From a bacterium (GTDB lineage: Bacteria; Patescibacteriota; Minisyncoccia; JAHIHE01): a stretch of DNA of 64,000 nt. Position 1 is the first letter of the stretch. The number at the start of each line of letters is the position of its first letter. The DNA is taken from NCBI GenBank assembly GCA_030693205.1, contig JAUYBG010000011.1, positions 56,793 through 120,792 of the forward strand, read 5' to 3'. Both the position numbers and the translations under genes were made by a program. Positions 36,333 to 44,123 of the stretch are shown one piece after another. A model generated the notes under the pieces. The model did not search any database and was not told the origin of the DNA. It saw only the letters and a program-made list of their open reading frames with translations.

Positions 36333-37229
36333 TTAATTTTCCGGAAAAAGTTTATCATAGACATCAATGCTGACATATTTAATATCTTTTTTAACCTTTT
36401 CAAATTGTTCCGGAGTATATTTATCCCAAGGGCGCAAAATCATCGGGCTATAACCGCCTTGGATCTCTTCAAAATCATCATATCCATCGCCATCCGTATC
36501 TTTTTTATAAGGATCCGAGCCCAGCATTTTTTCAACTTTATCGGTTAATCCGTCATTGTCCGTGTCTATCTTGTCCCTCGCCTCGACACTTTCTCCGTTT
36601 TCACCGCCAACCGGACAATCTAAAGTATTAATAAAATTCAGGGTTCTTCCTTCGCTGTATTTTACAGAACTATTAACAGCAACGGCTATGATATTGCCGC
36701 CGCTACTCTTATTTTTTAAACAATCCAGACTGCCGATGATCCCCGTTTTGGCGCCGTCCGCGCTATTCCACCCAACCACGCTATAAACAAATTCTTCTCC
36801 GATCCTTCCTGTCTTATTCCCGCTGCTCTTTAAATAAGAATTTCCCAGGCCGTATTTTTCCAAAAGTTTTTTTTGAATATTGTCTTTTATTTTCAGAATC
36901 TCTTCTCGGGTAAAGCTGACGTCGAAAATCATCAGCGTATTGCCGCTTTTTTTGTCTTTTATCGTTACCACGCCGATATTTTTATTATCGAGGGCAATAT
37001 TCTCAAAATTTTTCAAAACATAGCTAGCATCCGGAAACTCCCAATTGCCTATTTTTTGCGCTTCTATGGTTTGTTCCCCGCTATACAGCGGAACATTAAA
37101 ATATTTCAGCGCAAAATACAAAACAGCAATGACAAAAACACCCAACGCCAAACTTGCAATAAGCTGAAAACCCATTATAATTTTTCTTAGATACTCCTTA
37201 ACCCCAAAACGTTCTGTGTTTCCCGGCAT
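36333..37229 (-). CDS. Membrane protein with C-terminal Ca-binding (thrombospondin type 3-like) repeats
   Basis: TM helix near N-terminus; DTDNDGLTDKVE..LGSDPYKKDTDGDGYDDFEEI.GGYSP. Confidence 0.75.
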   Translation of the reverse strand: MPGNTERFGVKEYLRKIIMGFQLIASLALGVFVIAVLYFALKYFNVPLYSGEQTIEAQKIGNWEFPDASYVLKNFENIALDNKNIGVVTIKDKKSGNTLMIFDVSFTREEILKIKDNIQKKLLEKYGLGNSYLKSSGNKTGRIGEEFVYSVVGWNSADGAKTGIIGSLDCLKNKSSGGNIIAVAVNSSVKYSEGRTLNFINTLDCPVGGENGESVEARDKIDTDNDGLTDKVEKMLGSDPYKKDTDGDGYDDFEEIQGGYSPMILRPWDKYTPEQFEKVKKDIKYVSIDVYDKLFPEN

Positions 37230-37389
37230 AAATTATAGTTTTTAACTTTAAAACTTTCAACTTTAAAAACTTTATAACTATTCTTATTATATTATACTCT
37301 TTTCCGCGTTTTTGGGCAAAAAAATAACCGAGTTAATCTACCAACATCGTTTCGTTGTCTTTGCCTTTTAAAAAGAAATAGCCAAGCCC

Positions 37390-37418
37390 TTGACTAACTT
37401 TTGAATATAGTGTAAATT
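37390..37418 (+). promoter_or_regulatory. Putative promoter of the DHH gene
   Basis: TTGACT-N17-TAAATT, followed by a branched hairpin cgtcttg-ccgaagg-cgaaa-caaggcg (37435-37460). Confidence 0.5.
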
Positions 37419-37516
37419 GACATATTAGCTTCACCGTCTTGCCGAAGGCGAAACAAGGCGAACGAATTAACATAGAAATATATTAACAAAATTTGCTTTA
37501 TTTTTGAATTAATTTT

Positions 37517-38674
37517 ATGGCCTTAAGCCTTAAACAACAAACTTACGAAATGATCAAAAAAAGCTCCCGCCCTTTGATCTTAATTCCCAAAAATCCGGAG
37601 GGCGACGCCATCGCAAGTGCTTTAGCGCTTTTTTTAATTTTAAAAAAACTGGATAAAGATCCGCGCATTGCCTGCTCTAACGCAATCGCGGAAAAATTTT
37701 TATTCTTGCCTGCGCAAGAAGAGATCCATCATCATGTTTCCGGCGAACGCACATACAAAATATCCCTTGATGTGGGGCATAACGAGATCAAAGAATTGTC
37801 TTATGAACAAATCGGCAATATATTGAGCATAAATGTTCTTACCAAATCCGACGGCATCAATAAAAATTCACTGAACCTTGAACCATCCAAATTTAAATAC
37901 GACCTGATCTTTACCATATCCGCTCCCGACCTGGAATCTTTGGGGAAAATTTACTTTGACAACACGGAACTTTTTTTCCAAACGCCGATCATCAATATCG
38001 ACCACCATCCTTCCAATGAATATTTTGGCACTGTCAATTTGATAGAAGTTACGATGGCCTCTACCGCGGAAATCGTGGCCGGGCTCAAAGACGCGATCCT
38101 GTCCGAAAAAAACGACGTAGAGATCAGCACTTTGCTTTTGGCCGGAATTATCGCTGAAACTAACAATTTCCAGTCAAGCGCCATTAATCCGAACACATTC
38201 AGCACAGCCGCGTCTTTGCTCGCCGCAGGCGCGAAACAGGAAGAGATCATAAAAAATTTTTACAAAACCAAGCCTCTTTCCGTGTTGAGGCTTATCGGAC
38301 AGATCGTGAACAACATGAACTTTGATCCGGGATATTCTCTGGCTTGGGCGAAATTAAGCCAGAATGATTTTGAAAAAAATAACGCTAACCCGCATGATAT
38401 TGATATGGCCATAAATGAATTGGTCAATAACTCAAAAGATATTGATATTTTGTTTATCGTTTACCAGGATAATGAAAAAATTATCGGCAATATCTGGATG
38501 GACAGAATATTTGACGCAAAAACTTTGACCCGCGAACTGAACGGGGAAAAGATAAATCATAAAATCATTATTTCCGAAACAAATCTGTCAATTATTGATT
38601 TTGAAGAAAAAATCCTGGCTAAGCTGAAATTATTTATAAAAATTTCTCAAAAAAGAATGGGGGCGATCGAATAG
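37517..38674 (+). CDS. DHH-family phosphoesterase (NrnA-like, with insertion)
   Basis: NPEGDAIASALAL, IINIDHH..NEYFG.VN, STAEIV, LLAGIIAETNNF. Confidence 0.85.
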   Translation: MALSLKQQTYEMIKKSSRPLILIPKNPEGDAIASALALFLILKKLDKDPRIACSNAIAEKFLFLPAQEEIHHHVSGERTYKISLDVGHNEIKELSYEQIGNILSINVLTKSDGINKNSLNLEPSKFKYDLIFTISAPDLESLGKIYFDNTELFFQTPIINIDHHPSNEYFGTVNLIEVTMASTAEIVAGLKDAILSEKNDVEISTLLLAGIIAETNNFQSSAINPNTFSTAASLLAAGAKQEEIIKNFYKTKPLSVLRLIGQIVNNMNFDPGYSLAWAKLSQNDFEKNNANPHDIDMAINELVNNSKDIDILFIVYQDNEKIIGNIWMDRIFDAKTLTRELNGEKINHKIIISETNLSIIDFEEKILAKLKLFIKISQKRMGAIE

Positions 38675-38765
38675 GCTTTTCCTCTCTGCCACGCATTGCA
38701 TTAAAGCCGTAAACATACTAGAATAATAGTAATAATTCTAGTTTTTTAATTCTAAGCATTGGTAT

Positions 38766-38807
38766 TAAAAATGTTAAAATGCTAGAATGTTAAAATGTTA
38801 AAATGTT
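38766..38807 (+). repeat. Degenerate 8-bp tandem repeat (TAAAATGT)n immediately upstream of the PilB/GspE gene
   Basis: taaaaatgt taaaatgc tagaatgt taaaatgt taaaatgt. Confidence 0.7.
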
Positions 38808-38810
38808 TTT

Positions 38811-40502
38811 ATGACTATTAGAAAATCTGATGTTTCCAAACAATATATAAATACCGAAAAAAAGCGGGAGGAAAGGCATGAAAAAATCAAATCTATCCTC
38901 CAGGAGTCAAAAGAAAAAGAAACCGCTGCCAAAGCCAAGGCTCTGGGCTATTCTTATCTGGACCTGAATATTGTGCCGATTGAAGCGGACGCGCTTTCCA
39001 CAATTACTCTTGAAAAAGCCCAGCAAGGGAAAATAGCCGTTATTTACAGAGTCGGGCAAAAACTTCACCTTGCCACTCTGGATCCGATGAATGTAAAAAC
39101 TCAAGAAATAATGAAAGAACTGGAAGAAAAAGGCTATAATATTACAACCATAATAGTTTCTCAGGCAAGCCTTGAAAGAGCCTGGGAAAACTATGACACG
39201 AGTTTGATCGCGAAAAACAAGCTGGACCAGCTCTTAACTCTAAACGAGGAAGAACTGAACGATATTGAAAAAAGCATCGTCGACTTGAGCAAGCTTACGG
39301 AAAAAATAACCAGCGCTCCGGTCGGCGAAACATTGGGAATTATTATGGCCGGAGCGGTAAAAGCCCAAGCCAGCGATATCCATCTTGAACCGCGCGCGGA
39401 CGAAATTCGCTTGCGCTATCGTATCGACGGAGTTCTCTCGGATATGGCTATTTTTCCAAAAAATATCTATACTTCTCTCTCTAACCGCATAAAAATGCTT
39501 GGGCGTGTTAAGCTGAATATTTCCGGAGTTCCGCAAAACGGCAGATTTACCCTGGCGATCGGGAAAGAAAACACCGATATTCGCCTTGCCCTTTTGCCAA
39601 GCGCTTTCGGAGACGAAATAATTATGCGCTTGCTGTATCAAAGCACCGCCTCTCTGGACCTAAAAAATATCGGATTAAAAGGGGAAATATTAAAAAAGAT
39701 CAACCATGAGATTTCCAAGCCAAATGGAATGATCTTGGTTACCGGTCCTACCGGAAGCGGCAAGACAACCACTCTTTACGCTTTTATCAATATCTTAAAC
39801 GAACCCGGCACAAAAATAATCACTATCGAAGATCCGATCGAATATAAAATTTCCGGCATCTCTCAAACCGCGGTAAACCAGGAAGGGGGCTATACTTTTG
39901 CCAACGGACTTTCCGCGATCATGCGGCAAGATCCCGATATTATCATGGTTGGAGAAATGAGAGACCCTGACACCGCTTCGGCGGGAATCCAGGCGGCACT
40001 CACCGGACACCTGGTTTTTTCGACTCTTCACACCAATAGCGCTGTCGGCGCGATCCCCCGTCTTATAGAATTAGGCGTACGGCCGGCCTTGATCCCCTCG
40101 GCTACCAATGCGATCATCAGCCAAAGGCTGGTAAGAAAACTTTGCCCGTTTTGCAAAGAAGAATATTCTCCCGCTCCGGAAGTGCAAGAAAAGATCAAAA
40201 AATTATTATCTGATATCCCCGCCGCCATGCAAACTAAAACCGCCGGCAAAGCAGAAACCCTCTGGAGATCAAAAGGGTGCCCAAAATGCAATCACGGCTA
40301 CAAAGGAAGAATCGGAATTTTTGAAGTATTCTTGATCTCTCCGAAAACAGAAAAACTTATTTTAGATTACGCGCCAACTTCCGAAATAGAAAAAGTTGCC
40401 GTCGAGGAAGGAATGATGACCCTCAAACAAGACGGATTGCTGAAAGCCATGGAAGGGATCACTACTATCAGCGAAGTGGAAAAAGCCGCCGGAGAAATGT
40501 AA
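38811..40502 (+). CDS. Type IV pilus/T2SS assembly ATPase (PilB/GspE family)
   Basis: ASDIHLEP, RYRIDGVL, VTGPTGSGKTT, TIEDPIEY, RQDPDIIMVGEMRD, TGHLVFSTLHTN, CPFC/CPKC Zn motif. Confidence 0.96.
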   Translation: MTIRKSDVSKQYINTEKKREERHEKIKSILQESKEKETAAKAKALGYSYLDLNIVPIEADALSTITLEKAQQGKIAVIYRVGQKLHLATLDPMNVKTQEIMKELEEKGYNITTIIVSQASLERAWENYDTSLIAKNKLDQLLTLNEEELNDIEKSIVDLSKLTEKITSAPVGETLGIIMAGAVKAQASDIHLEPRADEIRLRYRIDGVLSDMAIFPKNIYTSLSNRIKMLGRVKLNISGVPQNGRFTLAIGKENTDIRLALLPSAFGDEIIMRLLYQSTASLDLKNIGLKGEILKKINHEISKPNGMILVTGPTGSGKTTTLYAFINILNEPGTKIITIEDPIEYKISGISQTAVNQEGGYTFANGLSAIMRQDPDIIMVGEMRDPDTASAGIQAALTGHLVFSTLHTNSAVGAIPRLIELGVRPALIPSATNAIISQRLVRKLCPFCKEEYSPAPEVQEKIKKLLSDIPAAMQTKTAGKAETLWRSKGCPKCNHGYKGRIGIFEVFLISPKTEKLILDYAPTSEIEKVAVEEGMMTLKQDGLLKAMEGITTISEVEKAAGEM

Positions 40503-40531
40503 AAAACATATATTAAAAATGTTTATATACC

Positions 40532-40563
40532 AAAAATCACCTCGAATAAGCGAGGTGATTTTT
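40532..40563. terminator. Bidirectional intrinsic terminator
   Basis: aaaaatcacctcg-aataag-cgaggtgattttt. Confidence 0.88.
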
Positions 40564-40589
40564 TCCATCGGCTAGACAATATTTTTCTG

Positions 40590-40618
40590 TAGACAACAAG
40601 AGTTTTTTGGGGTATAAT
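40590..40618 (+). promoter_or_regulatory. Promoter convergent with the candidate RNA (antisense RNA or distal ruvB promoter)
   Basis: TAGACA-N17-TATAAT. Confidence 0.65.
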
Positions 40619-40797
40619 CCAGACAGAAGCTTGCACTTGCCGCCCAAATTACCCAAATTCCATAAAAACTCCCGTGTAACATTCTCCGCTAAAAGCAAAA
40701 AAGAACTCGTCTACAGAAAAATAGCGTCTAACACTATCTTTCTTTACTTTTCTTCGTGCTATATTCGCCATAAGGCGTAATATGCGGTGAACTATTC

Positions 40798-40825
40798 ATT
40801 ATAACAGGTCTATTTAATTTGTCAA
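40798..40825 (-). promoter_or_regulatory. Consensus sigma70 promoter pointing into an intergenic region with no annotated gene
   Basis: Minus TTGACA-aattaaatagacctgt-TATAAT (extended -10 TG). Confidence 0.82.
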
Positions 40826-40875
40826 CCCCAGAAAACCCAAATTATCAAATCTGTTAAATTTAAAATAAATATCTT

Positions 40876-41883
40876 ATGTCAATTATTCAGCCAAAGGAAA
40901 AACCTGAGGACGAAAAGCTGGACTTTGCTTTAAGGCCGGAAAGCTTGAGTGATTTTATTGGACAGGAAAAAATCAAGAAAAATATCGAGATTTTTATCGC
41001 CGCGGCAAAAAAACGGGGCGAGCCCATAGAACACACCCTTCTCCATGGACCGGCGGGGCTCGGAAAAACAACTCTGGCTCACATTATTGCCAAAGAATTC
41101 AAAAGCAATATCAAGATCACTTCCGGCCCGGCTATAGAAAAAGTCGGCGATCTCGGCGCCATTCTTTCGTCTTTGGAAGATGGCGATATTTTGTTTATTG
41201 ACGAAATCCATCGCCTGAATAAATTGATCGAGGAGGTCCTCTATCCGGCCATGGAAGATTTCGCGCTGGATATAATCATCGGCAAAGGGCCTTCCGCGAG
41301 AACTCTTCGCCTTAATTTGCCGCGTTTTACCCTGATCGGCGCCACTACCAGAATCGGACTCTTGACTTCTCCGCTTCTAAATCGTTTTGGCTCGACATAT
41401 CACTTGAGTTTTTACGCCCAAGACGATATTGAAAAAATAATCAAAAGATCAGCCGGTTTATTAAAAATAGACATTGATGATGGGGCATTAAAAACCATCT
41501 CCCAGTCTTCCCGCTTTACCCCCCGAATCGCCAATCGCCTATTGAAGCGCGTCCGCGACTATGCGGAAGTGAAATGCAATGGAATCGTCACCAAAAATAT
41601 CGCCGAGGAAGCTTTTAAAATGCTGGAAGTCGATCATCTGGGGCTTGAAGCCACTGACCGAATGATCCTTGATATTATTATCAATAAATTTTCCGGCGGA
41701 CCGGTCGGCATCCAAACGATGGCTGCCGCAAGCCATGAGGACGAAGAAACGATTTCGGACATTTATGAACCGTTTTTGCTCCAGTTGGGGCTTCTCGACC
41801 GCACCAGCCGCGGACGAGTCGCGACCAAAGCGGCTTATGACCATTTGGGAATCAAGTGGCCGGGAAAAGCGAGTTTACTATAA
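40876..41883 (+). CDS. ruvB: Holliday junction branch migration ATPase RuvB
   Basis: LRPESLSDFIGQ, HGPAGLGKTTLA, LFIDEIHRL, LYPAMEDF, SRFTPRIANRLLKRVRD. Confidence 0.99.
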   Translation: MSIIQPKEKPEDEKLDFALRPESLSDFIGQEKIKKNIEIFIAAAKKRGEPIEHTLLHGPAGLGKTTLAHIIAKEFKSNIKITSGPAIEKVGDLGAILSSLEDGDILFIDEIHRLNKLIEEVLYPAMEDFALDIIIGKGPSARTLRLNLPRFTLIGATTRIGLLTSPLLNRFGSTYHLSFYAQDDIEKIIKRSAGLLKIDIDDGALKTISQSSRFTPRIANRLLKRVRDYAEVKCNGIVTKNIAEEAFKMLEVDHLGLEATDRMILDIIINKFSGGPVGIQTMAAASHEDEETISDIYEPFLLQLGLLDRTSRGRVATKAAYDHLGIKWPGKASLL

Positions 41884-42041
41884 ATAGTATTTCTACCAGA
41901 AAAACAATAAGGCTAAAATTTTTAATGGGAAAAAATTGCCGAGGATTGAAGCATTAAATAATTAAAAAAATAAAAATAATAATTTTATAATTTCACTATT
42001 GATATTATGCATTATCATAGTGAAACAAATTAATTAATTCT

Positions 42042-43559
42042 ATGTCTTTTTTCTTTCTCAAAAAATCTATTGTTTTAGTTGGGTTAGTTGGTCTAATCTT
42101 TGCTTTATTATTTATCAAGAGCATTCCCATGGCTACTGCTCAAGTAGTAGCTTGGACAGCCAAATCTGCTTGGAATGCTCCTGATGTAGGGGGTACATCT
42201 GTTCCTGCCTTTGCCGATTTAGATAACGATGGAGATTATGATTTGTTAATTGGGGAAGAAGGGGGAGTAAGTTATGCTTATGAAAATACCGGTTCAAATA
42301 CCAGTCCTACTTGGACAGCCAAACCTGTATGGAACGCTCCCGATGTTGGAGAAGAAGCCGCTCCTGCCTTTGCCGATTTAGACAACGATGGAGATTATGA
42401 TTTATTAATTGGGGAACATTTCGGATCATCTGCCGCTTACGAGAATACTGGTTCAAAGACCAGTCCTACTTGGACAGCCAAACCTGCATGGAGTGTTCCC
42501 GATGTTGGATTTATGGTTCGACCCGCCTTTGCCGATTTAGACAACGATGGAGATTATGATTTGATGATAGGAGGAAACAGTGGAGGAACTATCGGAGTAA
42601 GTTATGCTTATGAGAATACCGGTTCAAAGACCAGTCCTACTTGGACAGCCAAACCTGCTTGGGATGCTCCTAATGTTGCAGACTTGTCCGCTCCTGCCTT
42701 TGCCGATTTAAACAATGATGGAGATTATGATTTATTGATTGGAAAATATGATGGATTATCTGTCGCATACAAGAATACCGGTTCAAAGACCAGTCCTACT
42801 TGGATATACGAATCTGCTTGGGATGTTTCTTTTGATGTTGGATATTATGCTCGACCTGCTTTTGCCGATTTAGACAATGATGGAGATTATGATTTATTGA
42901 TTGGAACTACTGCTGGAATAAGCTTTGCATATGAGAATACTGGTTCACCCCCTCCCACATGCACTCTCTCTGCTTCTCCCGCTTCTATTGTTTCCGGCGA
43001 TTCTTCTGTTTTAACTTGGACTACCGCTAATGCCACTTCTGCCACTATTGATAATAGTATAGGAAGCGTAACTCCTGTAAACACCGGCGGTATAAATGTT
43101 TCTCCCGCCGCTACCACCACTTACATAATGACTGCTACGGGAAGCGGAACATCTACCTGCCAGACAATAATAAATGTTTCTCCGCCCCCGCCTCCTCCCA
43201 CCGGCGGACTTGTTCCTTGCGGAAGACTGGCTAATGCGATTCCTGCCAGCGGACCTGATTTAATCGACGAATCCGCTCCCTGCACCCTTTGTGCTTTGTT
43301 CTATATGCTGAAAAATATCATTAATTTTGTTATGACCTTGTCAGTCGGCATCGGGGTATTTATTCTCGTTATCGCCGGATTGCTCTATGCTTTTTCGGCC
43401 GGAAATCCCGGAAAAATCAGCCTGGCTAAATCCGCCGTCACCAGCGCGATCATCGGCATAGCTATTATTTTTATCGCTTGGATGGCGATCGCGGTGATCT
43501 TGCAAGGAATGGGATACGCTAATATGGCTACCTGGAATCAGGTAAATTGCACGCTGTAA
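42042..43559 (+). CDS. FG-GAP-like repeat protein fused to an Ig-like domain and a C-terminal CPR VirB2/TrbC-like pilin domain
   Basis: Signal peptide; 5 x PAFADL(D/N)NDGDYDL(L/M)IG; GGLVPCG..CTLCALF..NIINF..IAGLLY..SAGNP.KIS.AK..VT.AIIG..IIF.AW tail. Confidence 0.82.
   Translation: MSFFFLKKSIVLVGLVGLIFALLFIKSIPMATAQVVAWTAKSAWNAPDVGGTSVPAFADLDNDGDYDLLIGEEGGVSYAYENTGSNTSPTWTAKPVWNAPDVGEEAAPAFADLDNDGDYDLLIGEHFGSSAAYENTGSKTSPTWTAKPAWSVPDVGFMVRPAFADLDNDGDYDLMIGGNSGGTIGVSYAYENTGSKTSPTWTAKPAWDAPNVADLSAPAFADLNNDGDYDLLIGKYDGLSVAYKNTGSKTSPTWIYESAWDVSFDVGYYARPAFADLDNDGDYDLLIGTTAGISFAYENTGSPPPTCTLSASPASIVSGDSSVLTWTTANATSATIDNSIGSVTPVNTGGINVSPAATTTYIMTATGSGTSTCQTIINVSPPPPPPTGGLVPCGRLANAIPASGPDLIDESAPCTLCALFYMLKNIINFVMTLSVGIGVFILVIAGLLYAFSAGNPGKISLAKSAVTSAIIGIAIIFIAWMAIAVILQGMGYANMATWNQVNCTL
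42151..42948 (+). repeat. Five near-identical coding tandem repeats (periods 159, 159, 171, 159 bp)
   Basis: cttgga unit starts at 42151, 42310, 42469, 42640, 42799. Confidence 0.9.
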
Positions 43560-43667
43560 GAATCTTTTACAAAATTATTATTAATTTGGGAATAACTATA
43601 AAAAATAATTTTGATTTTTCTTAAAATTTATGCTATGATTTTAATAGGTAAAAAGGAGGAAATATTT

Positions 43668-43973
43668 ATTTTTCATAGAAAAAAAACACCAACAAAAGAC
43701 ATCGGGCCTGTAGTGATAAGTGCAACAAAAGAAACCCAATTGCCTATAGGCGAAGAGGTAAAAGAAGTAAGAATATTACGCACAAAAGACAAAGTGCAAC
43801 TTGTCTTAATGAGCGCAATAATAATGCCAACGGGCAAAATAATCGATACAAGCAACAACGAAACTAACGAAACTTGGGAGCCTAACGAGGCAAAAGCTAT
43901 AAGCTGCATAGCAATGAGAGAAAGAAACTTTTTAGCACCAATACCGCAATCGACGCAACAAACACTATTTTAA
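43668..43973 (+). CDS. Hypothetical protein in a stand-alone cassette, probable ATT start
   Basis: Promoter TTGATT-N17-TATGAT (43611-43639), SD AGGAGG 43654-43659, in-frame ATT 8 nt later, terminator 43984-44015; start position uncertain. Confidence 0.55.
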   Translation: MFHRKKTPTKDIGPVVISATKETQLPIGEEVKEVRILRTKDKVQLVLMSAIIMPTGKIIDTSNNETNETWEPNEAKAISCIAMRERNFLAPIPQSTQQTLF

Positions 43974-43983
43974 TACATACTTT

Positions 43984-44015
43984 GGCTCATCTTTACCTAA
44001 TGAGCCTCTTTTTTT
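43984..44015 (+). terminator. Intrinsic terminator
   Basis: ggctcat-ctttaccta-atgagcc followed by a T run. Confidence 0.7.
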
Positions 44016-44123
44016 ACAAAAAAACCAGCCTGATTTTCATTGGCTGATTTTTAATTTTTCCAAAAAACACTTTCGAACAGTAACAACTTTATCGGAAGTC
44101 CGGACCATTCAAACAAATATATT

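Larger units (their letters stand above)
40532..40791 (-). ncRNA. Candidate structured RNA of about 260 nt (long fold-back); also holds a 40-codon ORF at 40649-40771
   Basis: Consensus promoter upstream, terminator downstream, 24-bp long-range stem 40571-40594/40709-40732 in which two of three mismatches are G-U pairs only on the minus strand. Confidence 0.6.

Noticed and set aside
40571-40732. Invertible promoter switch for ruvB
   Set aside because: Possible, since the -10 lies between inverted repeats, but the strand-specific G-U pattern and extra inner pairing favour RNA structure and no invertase is in the window; read orientation would settle it
21549-41883. Separation of ruvA and ruvB by about 19 kb
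   Set aside because: Split ruv genes are common and both look intact
42151-42948. CRISPR array
   Set aside because: Repeats are about 159-bp in-frame coding units with no unique spacers and no cas genes
44051-44123. Possible gene remnant downstream of the PBP gene
   Set aside because: Short open frames with no convincing motif
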